From Macrostomum lignano (lineage: Eukaryota), in assembly GCA_002269645.1 (NCBI GenBank), contig NIVC01002336.1, forward strand, positions 97,053 through 161,052: a DNA stretch of 64,000 bases. Reading direction: 5' to 3'. The notes beneath the pieces are model-generated. The model did no database searches, was not told where the DNA came from, and saw only the letters and a program-made list of their open reading frames with translations. How positions within the stretch are numbered: position 1 is the first letter of the stretch; each line of letters begins with the position of its first letter. The translations under genes and the position numbers were made by a program. Below, one piece after another: positions 1 to 11,825 of the stretch.

Positions 1-302
1 AGGAGAGAAGAGATGAAAGGAGAGAGGAGAGGAGAGATGAAAGGAGAGAGGAGAGGAGAGGAGAGAAGAGAAAAAAGGTGAGAGATTAGAAGCTGAGAAC
101 AGGCATAAACGTTGAGCGGGCCAGATTGCTATTTGGTTATTGCTATTGCTATCGAAGGATCTGAGGGTCGGAGTTTGCCGAGCCCTGCTCGAGAGCGTGC
201 ATAACTTTATTCAGTCAATAATCAGGTGATTTTTTAGCAATTAAAACTACTGCAAAGCAGAGTTGGCTCTGGTCATCACCATTCGAACGTCTAAAAACTC
301 AC

Positions 303-655
303 CGAGCATTAGCGTAGGCCTTGCCAAACGTGCGCTTGAAGTTGATCCATTCGCGGCCAAACCTGGCCAAATAGTTTGTTGTGGACGAGCCGCCGGAACC
401 GCCGCTTGAGGAGCCGCCGCCGCCGCCGCCGCCGCCCCGACGAGCCTCGTGACCGTCTGGCCGGCCAATCAGCGGCTCCGGGACACTGGACTCGCCGCGG
501 TCGGACGAGGCCGGTTCAACAATGGACATTCGAACTACCGAGTCTCGCTGCTGCTGCTGCACAGGCGGGTGGGCCACCGAATCTGAGGCCAGAAGCAGCA
601 GCAGCAACACAGCGGCAGAAGCAAACAGAGACAGCTTAGCGGTCGGCAGCCGCAT
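303..655 (-). CDS. First coding exon of a probable papain-family (cathepsin L-like) preproprotein; gene continues left of the window
   Basis: ATG at 655, then a hydrophobic signal peptide (LSLFASAAVLLLLLLASDSVA), a Gly/Ser linker and EWINFKRTFGKAYAN, which resembles the start of the I29 inhibitor prodomain (W..FK..F.K.Y). It ends at a canonical donor CG|GTGAGT at 303/302. The mature protease domain is not in the window. Confidence 0.65.
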
Positions 656-888
656 CTTGCGGGCGATTAGAAGCTAGAAGAAGAAGAAAAACAATATAAA
701 AATTATCTTGCTGGCACAGTTAAAAGAAGTGCTCCTAGTGCTAAGAAATTAATATAGTTCTGCTGAGTCACGGCCACTGGCCAAGGCAGCAGAGAGATAC
801 TGTATATACGCAGAGACAACTTAAGGGCCAGGGACGCCTTAAGTGAAGCATCTGGACCGGCAACGTAGCTCTGACTGGGGGAGGGAGG

Positions 889-898
889 GTGACGTCAC
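889..898. promoter_or_regulatory. Palindromic CRE-like site GTGACGTCAC with an adjacent CCAAT
   Basis: Perfect TGACGTCA about 235 bp upstream of the ATG at 655, with GGCCAAT at 903-909. Motif match only. Confidence 0.3.
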
Positions 899-1603
899 TT
901 GAGGCCAATTAAATGATAGTTCACTCAATTAAACGCGCAAAAAGGTAGGCAGAAAATTTCGCACCACATCCGTATTTGAAGCAGCTGCAGTCCTGTTGAA
1001 ATTAGAATAAAAAATATCCGATTACAGTTTACAAAAGCTGCTGTTGCCACCCCCAGATTCTCTGTCTGGGACTCCCTGGCAAGGTGGGGGTTTACGCAGG
1101 TACAGAGAGACACGGCCAATAAACAAAGAGAGAAAAGCAATCGGGAGCTGTGAGCCAGCTGCTAGTTGCTAGGGGCAGAGTGGCCTGAGAGAGACAGGAA
1201 GAAAGGAGAGAGACCTAAGCTATCTCTATGCTCAATGGACTGTACACTGGCTGTACATGAACTAAAATTGGATCTTACAAATTGAAACGGGGTACAAAAG
1301 GACGAAAAAAATGAAAGCAAAAAATTCAAACAGTACTACTCGAGTAGAGTGTACAATATTCTTTAAATTTAATTATTCTAAACACAAGAAATATTACATT
1401 AATAGTACTTCAAAAGCATTTACAATTAATAAAACAATTGGAGAACTGCGCATTTACAAACAGGCAATACTTATTTTGTTTGTCTTTTATCAAATAGTGA
1501 ATTTTAAACTCCCTATTGTAACATAAATTTTAGCCAAGCATAACAACCCGCGTCTATCTCACACAATAGAGGTCGAACACGCCATGTCCAACCCAGTATA
1601 TTA

Positions 1604-1830
1604 CCACAAATCTAACAGGCCCATATTTAACCAAATACCACAAATCTAACAGGCCCATATCTAACCAAACACCACAAATCTAACAGGACCATATCTAACC
1701 AAACACCACAAATCTAACAGGACCATATCTAACCAAATACCACAAATCTAACAGGCCCATATCTAACCAAACACCACAAATCTAACAGGCCCATATCTAA
1801 CCAAATACCACAAATCTAACAGGCCCATAT
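1604..1830. repeat. 34-bp minisatellite, about 7 copies, downstream of BAG1
   Basis: Unit CCACAAATCTAACAGGCCCATATCTAACCAAATA; successive starts at 1604, 1638 and onward at 34-bp steps. Confidence 0.95.
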
Positions 1831-1977
1831 CAAACCTACCAAGCATCGCAACACATGTAAGAAATACAAAATAGGAGTCTAACATCCCCTCCTCTAGCCA
1901 ATATGAGAGAAACATTACAGGCACATGTTGAATTTGTAACACCAACAGCCGCTCCAAAGGCCAGCAACTAGAAGCAA

Positions 1978-3246
1978 TCAATCCAAAGAGAAGCCGGCCT
2001 CTTCAGCCATGCGCAGCAGATCCTGCAGCAAACTATCCGATATGTTAAGCATCGCCTGCAGCCTATCTGCCAGATCTTTTCGTCGGGCTCGAACTCGCGA
2101 CGTTGCGGCAGCGTCGCCTAACGATAAACCGTCCAACCGCTCCAGTCCTCGCTCGCCGCGATCGTTAAACGCTAGCAACCGTTTAGATAGCGACTGGGCC
2201 GCCTGGCGTCTCAGATTCTGCGGCGTGAACCCCTTAGAGAAGCCGGCGTATTCGCTGTTCAGATCGTCCAGCTTGGCTTCCATCGCTTCCACTTCTCGGT
2301 CGACTGCGTCAAGCGCGGCAAATGCCTCCGGCCTGGCGACCTCCTCGCAGCTGCCGATCAGCATCAGCTTGCAGCCGGGTGACAGGCCCTGCTGGCTGAG
2401 GCTGCTGCCCGGCTGTAGCGACTTGCCTGTTGTGCCAGTGCGGTTGGCTTTTGTTTTATCACACCTTGATTAGTTGCTAGGGGAACAAGAGCAGAAGGGG
2501 AGGACTGGGAGGAGAGGGAGAGGAGAGATATCTGGGAGATCTTGGAGGAGACGGAGCAGCGTGAGAAGTGGGAGAAGTAGAGAAGAGGAAGAAATAGGAG
2601 AAGAGTGAGAAGAGGGCGAAATAGGAGGGAGAAGAGGGAGAAATAGGAGAAGTGAGAGAAGTGGGAGGAAAGGGAGAAATGGGAGAAGTGGGAGAAGTAG
2701 AGAAGAGTGAGAATTGGAAGAAGGGGGAGAAAAGGGAGAAGAGGGAGAAGAGGGAGAAGAGGGAGAAGAGGGAGAACTGGAAGAAGTGGAAGAAGAGGGA
2801 AAAGTGTGAGAAAAAGAAATGTGAGAACTGGGAGAACTGGGAGAAGAGGGAGAAGTGGGAGAAGTGGGAGGAGGGAGATGAGAGGGATGAGAGGAGTGTA
2901 GGAAGGGGAGAAATAAAACTTCATAACACAACCATGAGCAGTGAAGACCCACTACTGGCCAATAAGAGGGTGGTAACAACGAGGCTACTTGGCAGAAATG
3001 TGCCAATATGTATCTGCCATTAGGTGGGAGTTTAATATGTAAAAGTCAGAACTTTTTTGGAACTTGAGTGCAATACAAAATATAAGTATTGGTTGTTAAA
3101 GAAATCATTTCACCTTTATAAATTAATTTCTGATTCTCCACTGGAACATTGGTTTCCTTTGCGATAGCATTTGACAGGCTATCGAATGAGTCTTCCAGAC
3201 AGGTGATGGCAATCTTCTTGCCAGCTAAAATACCAGATTGGATCAT
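1978..3246 (-). CDS. BAG1: BAG family molecular chaperone regulator 1 (ubiquitin-like + BAG domain)
   Basis: Exons 3246-3114 and 2426-1978 join across GT/AG (TATAAAG|GTG...ACAG|GCAAG). The join reads AIAKETNVPVENQKLIYKG-KSLQPGSSLSQQGLSPGCKLMLIG, like the BAG1 UBL (VPQSFQKLIFKGKSL...GIQDGCRVMLIG), followed by a BAG domain (GF...RGERGLERLDGLSL...RARRKDLADRLQAML). The start codon or an extra 5' exon is uncertain. Confidence 0.85.
2490..2915. repeat. Purine-rich (GGAGAA-type) low-complexity tract in the BAG1 intron
   Basis: Almost pure A/G, with 9-bp subunits such as GGGAGAAGA. Similar tracts lie at 1-90 and 27250-27815. Confidence 0.9.
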
Positions 3247-4567
3247 AATTCTGGGTGCTGATTATTGATGTTTGATTATATCCATTTTTAAGCTTTTTGA
3301 AGCTAAAGGTCAAGTTAGTTGGCACAGATATATCTCTATCCATGCATGCACAATCTCCTGAATTGTGACAATTGTGTTTAATGAGCCTTTTTGCCACATA
3401 GCTTTGCTCAACTATTCAATGTTCCTCCTCTCTTGATTTGTTTGTTTTTTATCGTTGTCTAAGCTTTTCTTCTAATTCTTCTATTTTTCCATAATTTCTT
3501 GACTTATTAGGTTTAATTTTTTTATTTAAGGATTGTAAACACATTTAAGAACATAGACAAGACAACTTACTATCTATATAGACCTCCATTTACTCAAATA
3601 AGGTTGACTACTTTTTTTAACAACTTTGTATTTTTGAGCCATGATCATTTTAGCTAATTTTACTATAATCTCAAACTGGTTATTAGATGCAGGCTTTAGT
3701 TTTGTACAAAATTGTTAAACTTTTGCTATATAACATTTCTAAAGTTGGAATACTAGATCTAAAACTAAGTAGACTGACTGACGAGGTGACTAGATGGCTG
3801 GCAACTCAAATTTGGAACTATACATGTCATTGAAGCATTTTCTTATACATCAAATAAGCTATTTTACTGTTGAAAATAAAAAAATTAAGTTTGTTCAAAA
3901 GCAGAAAACACATTTTCAAACCTTTTTTAGTCACTTTGTCTCTCCAATAGAGAGATAATGGCATGTTTTTAAAAAAGGTAGAGAAGACAGCTACCAAATT
4001 CTAATTGCTACTGTATATTAGAAGAGTGGGTAATATATGTTCTATATTCAATGCAAATAAAACCCCATGTTGTCAAATTTTAATGATTGTTTGCTAGAGA
4101 AAGGCTATGGTAAGAGTGAAGAATAGCCATTTTTTGGCTCTAGAAAATTATTTAAGCTGCACTCAGTTTAAAAGAGACTTGTAAATTATATATAACAGAT
4201 TTTTTAATTTTCAGGTTTTGCAAATTGAGTATTTGTGTATAAAAAGTTTTTGCAGGCTCAAAACTAAACAACATTTATAAGTCTTAAATGCTTGCAGTCA
4301 ACAGTGCTAAGAATTAGTGCTTACCTGCCATTAGAGCACAGTCTCCAAAATTTTCTTGTCTTATAACTTTGCCTTATTGCTAATAGACTGTGCCTTTGAA
4401 AATATAATATTTGAATGTATAAAAGTTGTCTTTTTCAATGCAAACTTGAATAATTAAATGCAATAAAATGAAAGAGCAATGAAATAGCTAAGATTAACCT
4501 TAACCCTATTAACCCTAACTATAAATGACTTTACTTTGAATATTTAAAACTAAACAAATAGAAAACA

Positions 4568-4915
4568 TTGTTATTGGAGCGTAGGAATTTCCCACAGGAA
4601 GTTTTCCTGCCAAGGTTTATCCCTGCAAACATTTCTCACAATGAGGTTTATTGTAGGGAATTTATAATTAGAATTTTAAGTCAAATCTAATCTATAAACA
4701 ATGTTGTACTAGTCTAGCTAGATTAGGTTAGGCTAATTTAGACATGAACTAGGGGCCTAGATTAGACTAGATTTCAAATCCAATTGGATTTGACTTGGAA
4801 TTCTAATAAAAAACTCTATAGGAAACCTTGGCAAGAAAAACTCTCATGGAAAAACCTTGTTGCAGAAAAATCTTAGTTAGAAAAGCTTGGCAAGATATTC
4901 TATCAACAATAACAA
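4568..4915. mobile_element. Decayed fold-back/MITE-like element
   Basis: 4568-4672 and the reverse complement of 4800-4915 both begin TGTTATTG, end ATTAGAATT and contain degenerate (GG)TTTTCC/CAAGG subrepeats. A similar tract is at about 35925-36110. No TSD found. Confidence 0.4.
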
Positions 4916-5012
4916 AATATGTGACCCCACATGCATAGTCACAGTTAGAGCAGGGCGTGTTAGATGGTGCGCCACAGAGCCTTGGAGCAAAAAAAGTCTG
5001 CTCCATTGGCAG

Positions 5013-5286
5013 CATACATGCGCAACCTCCAAAATTCGGTCGGCCATGCGACTTAGTTTTAACAAAAATGCGACTTACATGTAAAAAAACCCTAACACGA
5101 AATTAACGCTACTTTGGGTAAACGGCAGGAGTAACTATGACTGTCTTATTAAGTCAAAATGCCTCGTCAGCTACTTAGTACTACTACTTTGGTATTTTTT
5201 CAGGTGGGCATTTTTGCGACTTCCTTGGTTGGCCGCCAAATCGGTCGGCCGGATCGGCCGACTTGGCCGACTGTTGCGCATGTATG
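5013..5286. mobile_element. 274-bp MITE with 14-bp TIRs and an 8-bp TSD (hAT- or P-like)
   Basis: TIR CATACATGCGCAAC at 5013-5026 and its reverse complement at 5273-5286; direct repeat ATTGGCAG at 5005-5012 and 5287-5294; second copy at 27422-27683. Confidence 0.9.
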
Positions 5287-5410
5287 ATTGGCAGTGTCGG
5301 GCACCCTAGCGTCGCATAGCAAGCCTGACCCCACCTGAATAGACCCTGCAAGGTGAGCAGCAGGACATCCTGAATAGGTTAGGAGCAGTAGCCTTTAGCC
5401 TAGATCACAT

Positions 5411-7382
5411 TAGAGATGTTCCGAAATTTCGATTTCGATTTCGATTTTCCGAAATTCGGATTTTTTTAGAGCAAATTTCGATTTCGAAAAAATTTCGGAA
5501 GTCAAAATTTCGGAAGTGCCTACTTCCGAAATTTTTATCTGATTTTAGTTTTTTTAGAACTTCGTTACTGTCTTCGTTACTATCGGTGATATTATACAAT
5601 TTTTACATGTAAAACTATTTGAATTTGTTAAAACTGTTCCATGCATGTAGGACATGTAACATGGTAGTTTGTACATGTGGAACTGTAAATTTTCGTAAAT
5701 TTTGTTGCACTTTAAAGCTGCAAAAGCGTCTGCTGATATATTGCATATTTTTCGCATTTTACAGTATATATATGTACATTTACCCAAGGACTTCTAGACT
5801 AACAGGACGTAAAACTCAAAGATCGTGCAATTTTTTGGAGGCCACGATTTCCTAGAAAAAATACACTGCAAAGATAGGAAAAAATCTGTTTTTCGTCACA
5901 AAATCTGTGATTGTATTTGATCTGGGGCAGTGAAGACTACCATTCTTTTAATTTACCATGCACAACATGTTACTCTATTATATTTTCATATAGCTGTGTA
6001 GTGAAGTTTTCATTTTCATATTGTTTTCACTTTATTTCATAAGCCCAAAGTTGCAAACTCACAAGTGGCATTAGCCAAACTTTTTGTGTTGTTCTTTTTA
6101 AAATAAAGTATAAAAACATTGCAAGTAGGTACTCTTAGTCTTAAGCTATTATTGTAGGTTTAGTAACTACACTAATTCCTAGGCCTACTAGAACTAGACC
6201 TATCACTACACTATCTAGCCTAATAAGTAATTAAATTTAGACAATGATTTTTTTATTATATATAGATTACCAATACATAGTTTCATATGGTTGGTTACCT
6301 AGGCTTGAGAAAGCTGTATTATCAGTTTTTAAGCTAAGCCTATATTTAAGACTAAGATTTAAGAAGAATAGACTTAATCACAAAAATAGGCCCTAACCAT
6401 TTTTAATAGGTATCTATAAGAAAAAACATTGATTAGTCCTTTTATAATTTTTATTTTAAAGGCTAAAAATATTATTATATTACAAATTTGAATAGCTTTT
6501 CTTTTCTTGAATTTGATATTTGGCTAATGCCACTTGTGAGTTTGCAACTTTGGGCTTATGAAATAAAGTGAAAACAATATGAAAATGAAAACTTCATTAC
6601 ATAGCTATATGAAAATATAATAGAGTAACATGTTGTGCATGGTAAATTAAAAGAATGGTAGTCTTCACTGCCCCAGATCAAATACAATCACAGATTTTGT
6701 GACGAAAAACAGATTTTTTCCTATCTTCGCAGTGTATTTTTTCCAGGAAATCGTGGCCTCCAAAAAATTGCACGATCTTTGAGTTTTACGTCCTGTTAGT
6801 CTAGAAGTCCTTGCATTTACCGTACATGTACATGCATTATCGTTTACACGATCTCAGTTATTGCTAGTCATGCAGTGATACATGTACATTTTAACTGTAC
6901 ATTTTATACATGTACAACTCAGTATGCACCCTATACCCTACCGCCTAGACGGATAAAGGCAGAGAAATTTGTTTTGTCTAGCAGGGAAAAGGCGCGCTTT
7001 GCTGCCGTGCTTTAATACCGTCTAGTAATGCAATATACGCGCCTTAGTGTTTCTTTTAAAGGCACTAGTTCAAATAAATTACTTAACACATTTACAGATC
7101 ATATGTAGTTTTCGCGTCGAAAAAAATTTTTGCATTTAAGTGTCAATGAGGGATTCTACTTATTTAGTGGCCGAAAATAAACGAACTTCTGCTAAACATA
7201 CATGTATTTTGTTTTGCATGGGCAGTAAATCGAAAGTAGAAAAGTGAGTGTCGGTTGTACTAAACTTTGTTTTTCTGAATTACGATTTCGGAAAATTTCG
7301 ATTTCGATTTCGATTTCGGAAAGTAGCGAATTTCGATTTCGATTTCGATTTCGACAGAAAATTCGCTTTTGGAACATCTCTA
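5411..7382. mobile_element. Non-autonomous hAT-type DNA transposon (1972 bp including a nested insert)
   Basis: TIR TAGAGATGTTCC at 5411-5422 and GGAACATCTCTA at 7371-7382; 8-bp TSD GATCACAT at 5403-5410 and 7383-7390; subterminal (TTTCGA)n and ACATGT repeats; no transposase ORF. Confidence 0.9.
5785..6813. mobile_element. Nested non-autonomous element with about 295-bp TIRs and an 8-bp TSD (possibly P-superfamily)
   Basis: 5785-6080 is the near-perfect reverse complement of 6519-6813 (CAAGGACTTCTAGAC...GTCTAGAAGTCCTTG); TSD CATTTACC at 5777-5784 and 6814-6821. The superfamily is inferred from the CAA terminus and 8-bp TSD. Confidence 0.9.
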
Positions 7383-9743
7383 GATCACATGACCTACTAA
7401 TTAAAGTTGCCGCCAGCAGAGAATAATGGACAGGCGCTACAGCTTGGCCCAATCATATAAGTCTTGGTCCCAACACTCTTGTCAGCTCAAAAGGCCGCAC
7501 GGAGCAACCCTGAGTGCACCAAGTCTAGCTGCCACTCTAGCATAGCCGTCAGCATCCACATCGGCATTAAAATATGCTATATTTTAGCTTGCTCTATATT
7601 GGGCTGTTGTATTAAAAATATCTTGCTTATACTATATATGCCAATGTATTGAGTTGAAAAGGCTTCTGTGCACTAGAATTTTCTAGGCAAAAAGACATTA
7701 TCCTAAGTGTAGGTTCTACAAAGTAAGGCCTAATCATTTTATACTAGTATCTGCTTTCCAGGTTATTATAATAATAAATATTATAATATTATTTTTGGCA
7801 AATCAAAGACCTAGCTTTTGCTTTAAATATCTGTTTTCTTTAGCTTAGGTTATACAAAGTTTTAAGAAGTATAAAAATGTCCTATGGGTAAAAATCTAAG
7901 TCATCTGTTTACTTTTTAAGCAAAATATAATATACAAAAATATAGATATAAACAAACAGTGATTAAACTTAACTTAATTAAAACTTACAGTAAAGAATGT
8001 TAACATTCATATTTTCCTCGACCTTTGATGATGAGCCACAATTGAGGCTTCGAAATGCAAATTTATCAAAATTATAACTAAGTAGTAAAGATACAATACA
8101 GGTTAAACCTGGCCAGCCAGCCCACTAAGATTTAGAAAACAGGTAGGCCTAAGTTTAGGCTGATGATAAAGCTATAACTAAGCAAACAAGTAAGAACAGT
8201 AGTTTTAGTTGTTTTTGTATTGTTATGTGTAAAGACAAAGTTAAGTAGAGTAGGCGGCGTAGTAGGCTAGGCTCAAGAGTCAAGCTGTTATTTGTATTGT
8301 ACAGACGTTTTGGAATGAAATTATAAATGCAAATTTAAATCGTAAGTATTTATTTTAGTCAAATTATCTGTATTAGCTACCTTATTCATTTGCTTTTAAA
8401 CCTAAGGTACAAATTTCACTATTGTTAATGTGGTGGTGAAACTGAAGCGGATCATCATGCAGTCAGGTGATTATTTTCATAGAACTTCTACTTTTTAAAA
8501 AACGAAATTTAATGTTTAATCAAATATGTGTAAATTGAAGGGATAAAAAGTAATAATTTATCCGTGTTTATACTGAAAATTAGCATTAAATTACTTGTAG
8601 TTATTGCTGAGGTGATCGTATCTATCAACTTTACCATGTGCATGTGCATTTAAATGCATGTTGCTAACGCAATTTAACTAACCTGAATTCCCCATTAATG
8701 ACCGAGTAGCTAGCTAGGCATTCAAATCGAATTTTTCTCGACCAAATTTGTCCATGGCGGAACACCATTTAGCGCTATGCGTTCTCTACATATACTCAAA
8801 CGTTTGATCTGCACCGACGACCTCCAGCTCTCATCGATGCACTACACCATTCTACCCTTCTGTTATCCATGATTTACATACACGAGTATGTACGATCGGA
8901 GGGTTATGTACTGTATTTTTTGCAGCTGAAGCAAGTGCGTGTAATCCGAGATCAACTGTGTACAAAAATGAGTGCATGCACCGGTGGCTTGCATTCTTCA
9001 ATTTAATATAGAAACTATATTTATTTGATTGAAGCTGTTTGAATTACTTGTATCTGCAGATTTAGGATTAAACTGTACGAACTTTAGAACTGTAAGACTT
9101 GCATTTGCAGGCACAAGACAAATGAATTCACACTCAGTTTTGTGTCGCAAACTGTTTGTCTTTACTCTCACAACATGTATATCTACACGTATGGTATGAT
9201 ATGTACATATGGTAGGTATACGAGCTTCATGTACACTGATAGACACGCGTGCTTGTAGATCTACCTATACCTACCTACTTATGCGCAATCCTTCAAACAG
9301 TTTGCTTTTTATTTAAAGCTAACTTTGACATACAAACTGCTATAGGCTAGCGTTTCAGCAGAAATGCGATCGGTAGCTATATAGTAGGATCGAGATCATG
9401 CAGGACTAAGGGTTGGTTGGAGAATGAGGACCGGCTGATCGAAACAGGTGCTTCCGAAATGGGCTGGGTGTGAAATGTACATTGCAATCAAGAGAGCTGA
9501 TCCACCCAAAAGAGCAGAAACAGCGCACGCACAGTAGCGAGGAAATCGGATATTGTTACACTGTTACAATTGTATACACTGTGAATGTATAGATCGAGTC
9601 AAAAAGCATGCAGTAGCAAATCCAATATAGCTACGAACAGTCTAAGTTGCCTCCATTCCTGCCGCTGCTAGACAACTGCTGCTGCGTTGAAGTTGAATGA
9701 CATAAGTGCACAGAAAACATTCAAGAGCTCAGAACGAAACGAT

Positions 9744-10502
9744 ATGAAACCCAGCTCGGATTCTACTCAGCCAGAAATTGATGAAGAAGAGTATCTGGGG
9801 AAAAGCTCGACGCGGAGCGAATCGAATCAGCTGCCTTCCGGAAGCACCGGGCAGTCTCGCCCAGCAAAGATCTGGAACCCTGTGCGTCGACTGTTCGAAG
9901 GCAAAGAAAAACCTTTGCCAAACAAAGGCGCAGATGTGGCAACTACCTCGATTGAACCACCAAACTTGCCATTTGAAGCATCTGTAAAGCCGCTGGGAGC
10001 TGCCCCAGCTGACGGACTGCAGGGCGTTGCTAGCATCATTGGCCCCACTGAACGGCTAGTCGAAGCGGCGGCTCTGTGTCCTAACAGAACACATGGCCTG
10101 CCAGTTTGGAGACTGCGCGTTCGGTCAAAAGGCGTTAGAGTCGCTGCTTTGCCTACTGACCAAAAGCTGCGTCAATCCGGAACCACCGCAACCTCTGGTT
10201 CTGACGAGCGCAGCACCAACGGCTCAACGCCGACTGTATTTTTTCCAACCGAGTCGCTGTCGTATGTAGCCGTTTGTCCCAGCAAGCCTCGCATCCTTTG
10301 TCTAGTATCAGTTGACATCGCAGCTGGAGGAGCCTCGGCAATCAACCCAACCTGTCATGCCTACCTGTGCGATTCATTTGACACAAGCCGGCGTCTCGTC
10401 TCCGCGGTCACCAGCGCCTTTCACAGGGCGCACCGTCGGCATGGTCGGAATCGGCGTTTTATTAGCCTGTCTGCTTTTGAATGTCACCAAGAGGAGGCTT
10501 GA
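9744..10502 (+). CDS. Single-exon PTB/PID-domain protein (about 252 aa)
   Basis: First ATG at 9744 within ORF 9687-10502. The C-terminal half has PTB-like elements: LPVWRLRVRSKGVRV, FFPTESLSYVAVCPSKPRILCLV and CHAYLCDSFDTSRRLVSAVTSAFHRA. Confidence 0.7.
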   Translation: MKPSSDSTQPEIDEEEYLGKSSTRSESNQLPSGSTGQSRPAKIWNPVRRLFEGKEKPLPNKGADVATTSIEPPNLPFEASVKPLGAAPADGLQGVASIIGPTERLVEAAALCPNRTHGLPVWRLRVRSKGVRVAALPTDQKLRQSGTTATSGSDERSTNGSTPTVFFPTESLSYVAVCPSKPRILCLVSVDIAAGGASAINPTCHAYLCDSFDTSRRLVSAVTSAFHRAHRRHGRNRRFISLSAFECHQEEA

Positions 10503-10739
10503 TACTTTTTACCTCGCTTAGAAACAAAATTCCATAGTTAATAGTGCGTACTACGTACTCGTGTATATGTTTTCAATACAGCTCAGGCAAACTGCTTAAT
10601 GGCTCGTATTCAGAGAATTTTATAAACAAATAAATGGGAAATTCATGTGCGGCAGGTGTATGACCTGTGTAACCTGTTGAAACATACCGAAATAACGCTA
10701 GAAAAATCCAATCCTGCTAGCAATCGTCTTGCTGGCAAA

Positions 10740-10905
10740 CATCATGGATGGCAAAGATCCCGGATGGAAAACATCCCCTGGATGGCAAAGATCCTGCAGG
10801 ATGGCAAATATCCAGGATGGCGAATATCCAGGATGGAAAACATCCCTATGATGGCAAACATCCAGGATAGAAAACATCCCCAAGATGGCAAGGATATTGA
10901 AGGAA
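10740..10905. repeat. Degenerate ~17-bp repeat (GGATGGCAAACATCC-type)
   Basis: Repeated GGATG....CATCC mini-palindromes; a similar unit (GATAGCAAGCATCC) occurs at about 33400-33600. Confidence 0.75.
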
Positions 10906-11090
10906 AACGTTTTGCAAAGAAGCATCGTAGGATCTGAGACACGCAATTCCAAGCTTGAGCAAGAATTATTCATCAATGTATATGTATGTATGTATAATGT
11001 ATGTATGTATGTTCGTATGTATGTATTTATTCTATGCATCTATGCATCCATTCTATGTATCTATTCCATGTATGCACGAGCGTATGTATG

Positions 11091-11825
11091 CTACGCCGAC
11101 GACCTTGCCCTGCTGTCCTCAACTGTCGAGTGAGTGTCGGCCTGGTGGTCAACACGCAGCAGACCGTCGTGCCGGACGACATCGAGGCTGCGATTTTGTG
11201 CCGAGGCGCTGATGGACAGGCGACAGAGCTTCCGCCTTGTCAGCAGTTCGTCTACCTCGGCAGTCTGGTTCCCGGCATCCGCGAGGATTTGCGGCGTCGC
11301 CGCAGGCTTTCCTGGGCTGCCTGTGAGGGAAGTCCTGCAGTCCGAGGCCTTACCTGATCGCCAGAGAGCGGCGTTGTTCCAGGCGGTGATCGAGACCGTC
11401 CTGCTGTACAACGCCGAGACCTGGACGCTGACGGAGTCGCTCGAGCAACAAGTTGACGCGGCGCACGCTGACCTGCTGCGCGCCGCCTTCAAGATCGGCT
11501 ACGAGCGAGTGACCAACGCGGCTTTGTATCGCCGCGCCGGCCTGGTCCGTCCAAGCGACCTGTTGCGCCGTCGGCGACTCCAGCTGGCAGGCCACATCCT
11601 CCGCGCCGAGTCGTACTGCCCCGAGCCGGTGCCGGAGGTGCTGCTGCTAACGCTGCAGGCACCCTACCGGCGGGGGCAGGCGTGCACTCGGCGTTTCGTC
11701 GACTGCCTGCTGGCTGACGCCGGCGCCCCGGATTCGGCCGGCGGCGTGGCGTTCATTCGCGACCTGGCTTTGAAGCGCGCCCTGTGACGCAACTGCGTAT
11801 TCTGTAGTTGCTGTTGTTGTTATTC
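11091..11825 (+). mobile_element. 5'-truncated RTE-clade non-LTR retrotransposon (C-terminal RT region, frameshifted)
   Basis: YADDLALLS, GLVVNTQQTVV, QFVYLGS, LFQAVIETVLLYNAETWTLT and RRRRLQLAGHILR are spread over three ORFs in two frames; (GTT)n-like tail at about 11803-11824; flanked by (TATG/TATC)n microsatellite at 10975-11090 and 11830-11870. Confidence 0.9.

Noticed and set aside
8440-9250. CpG-rich stretch with small ORFs upstream of the PTB gene
   Set aside because: No recognisable protein or RNA motif; may be promoter or UTR but cannot be supported.
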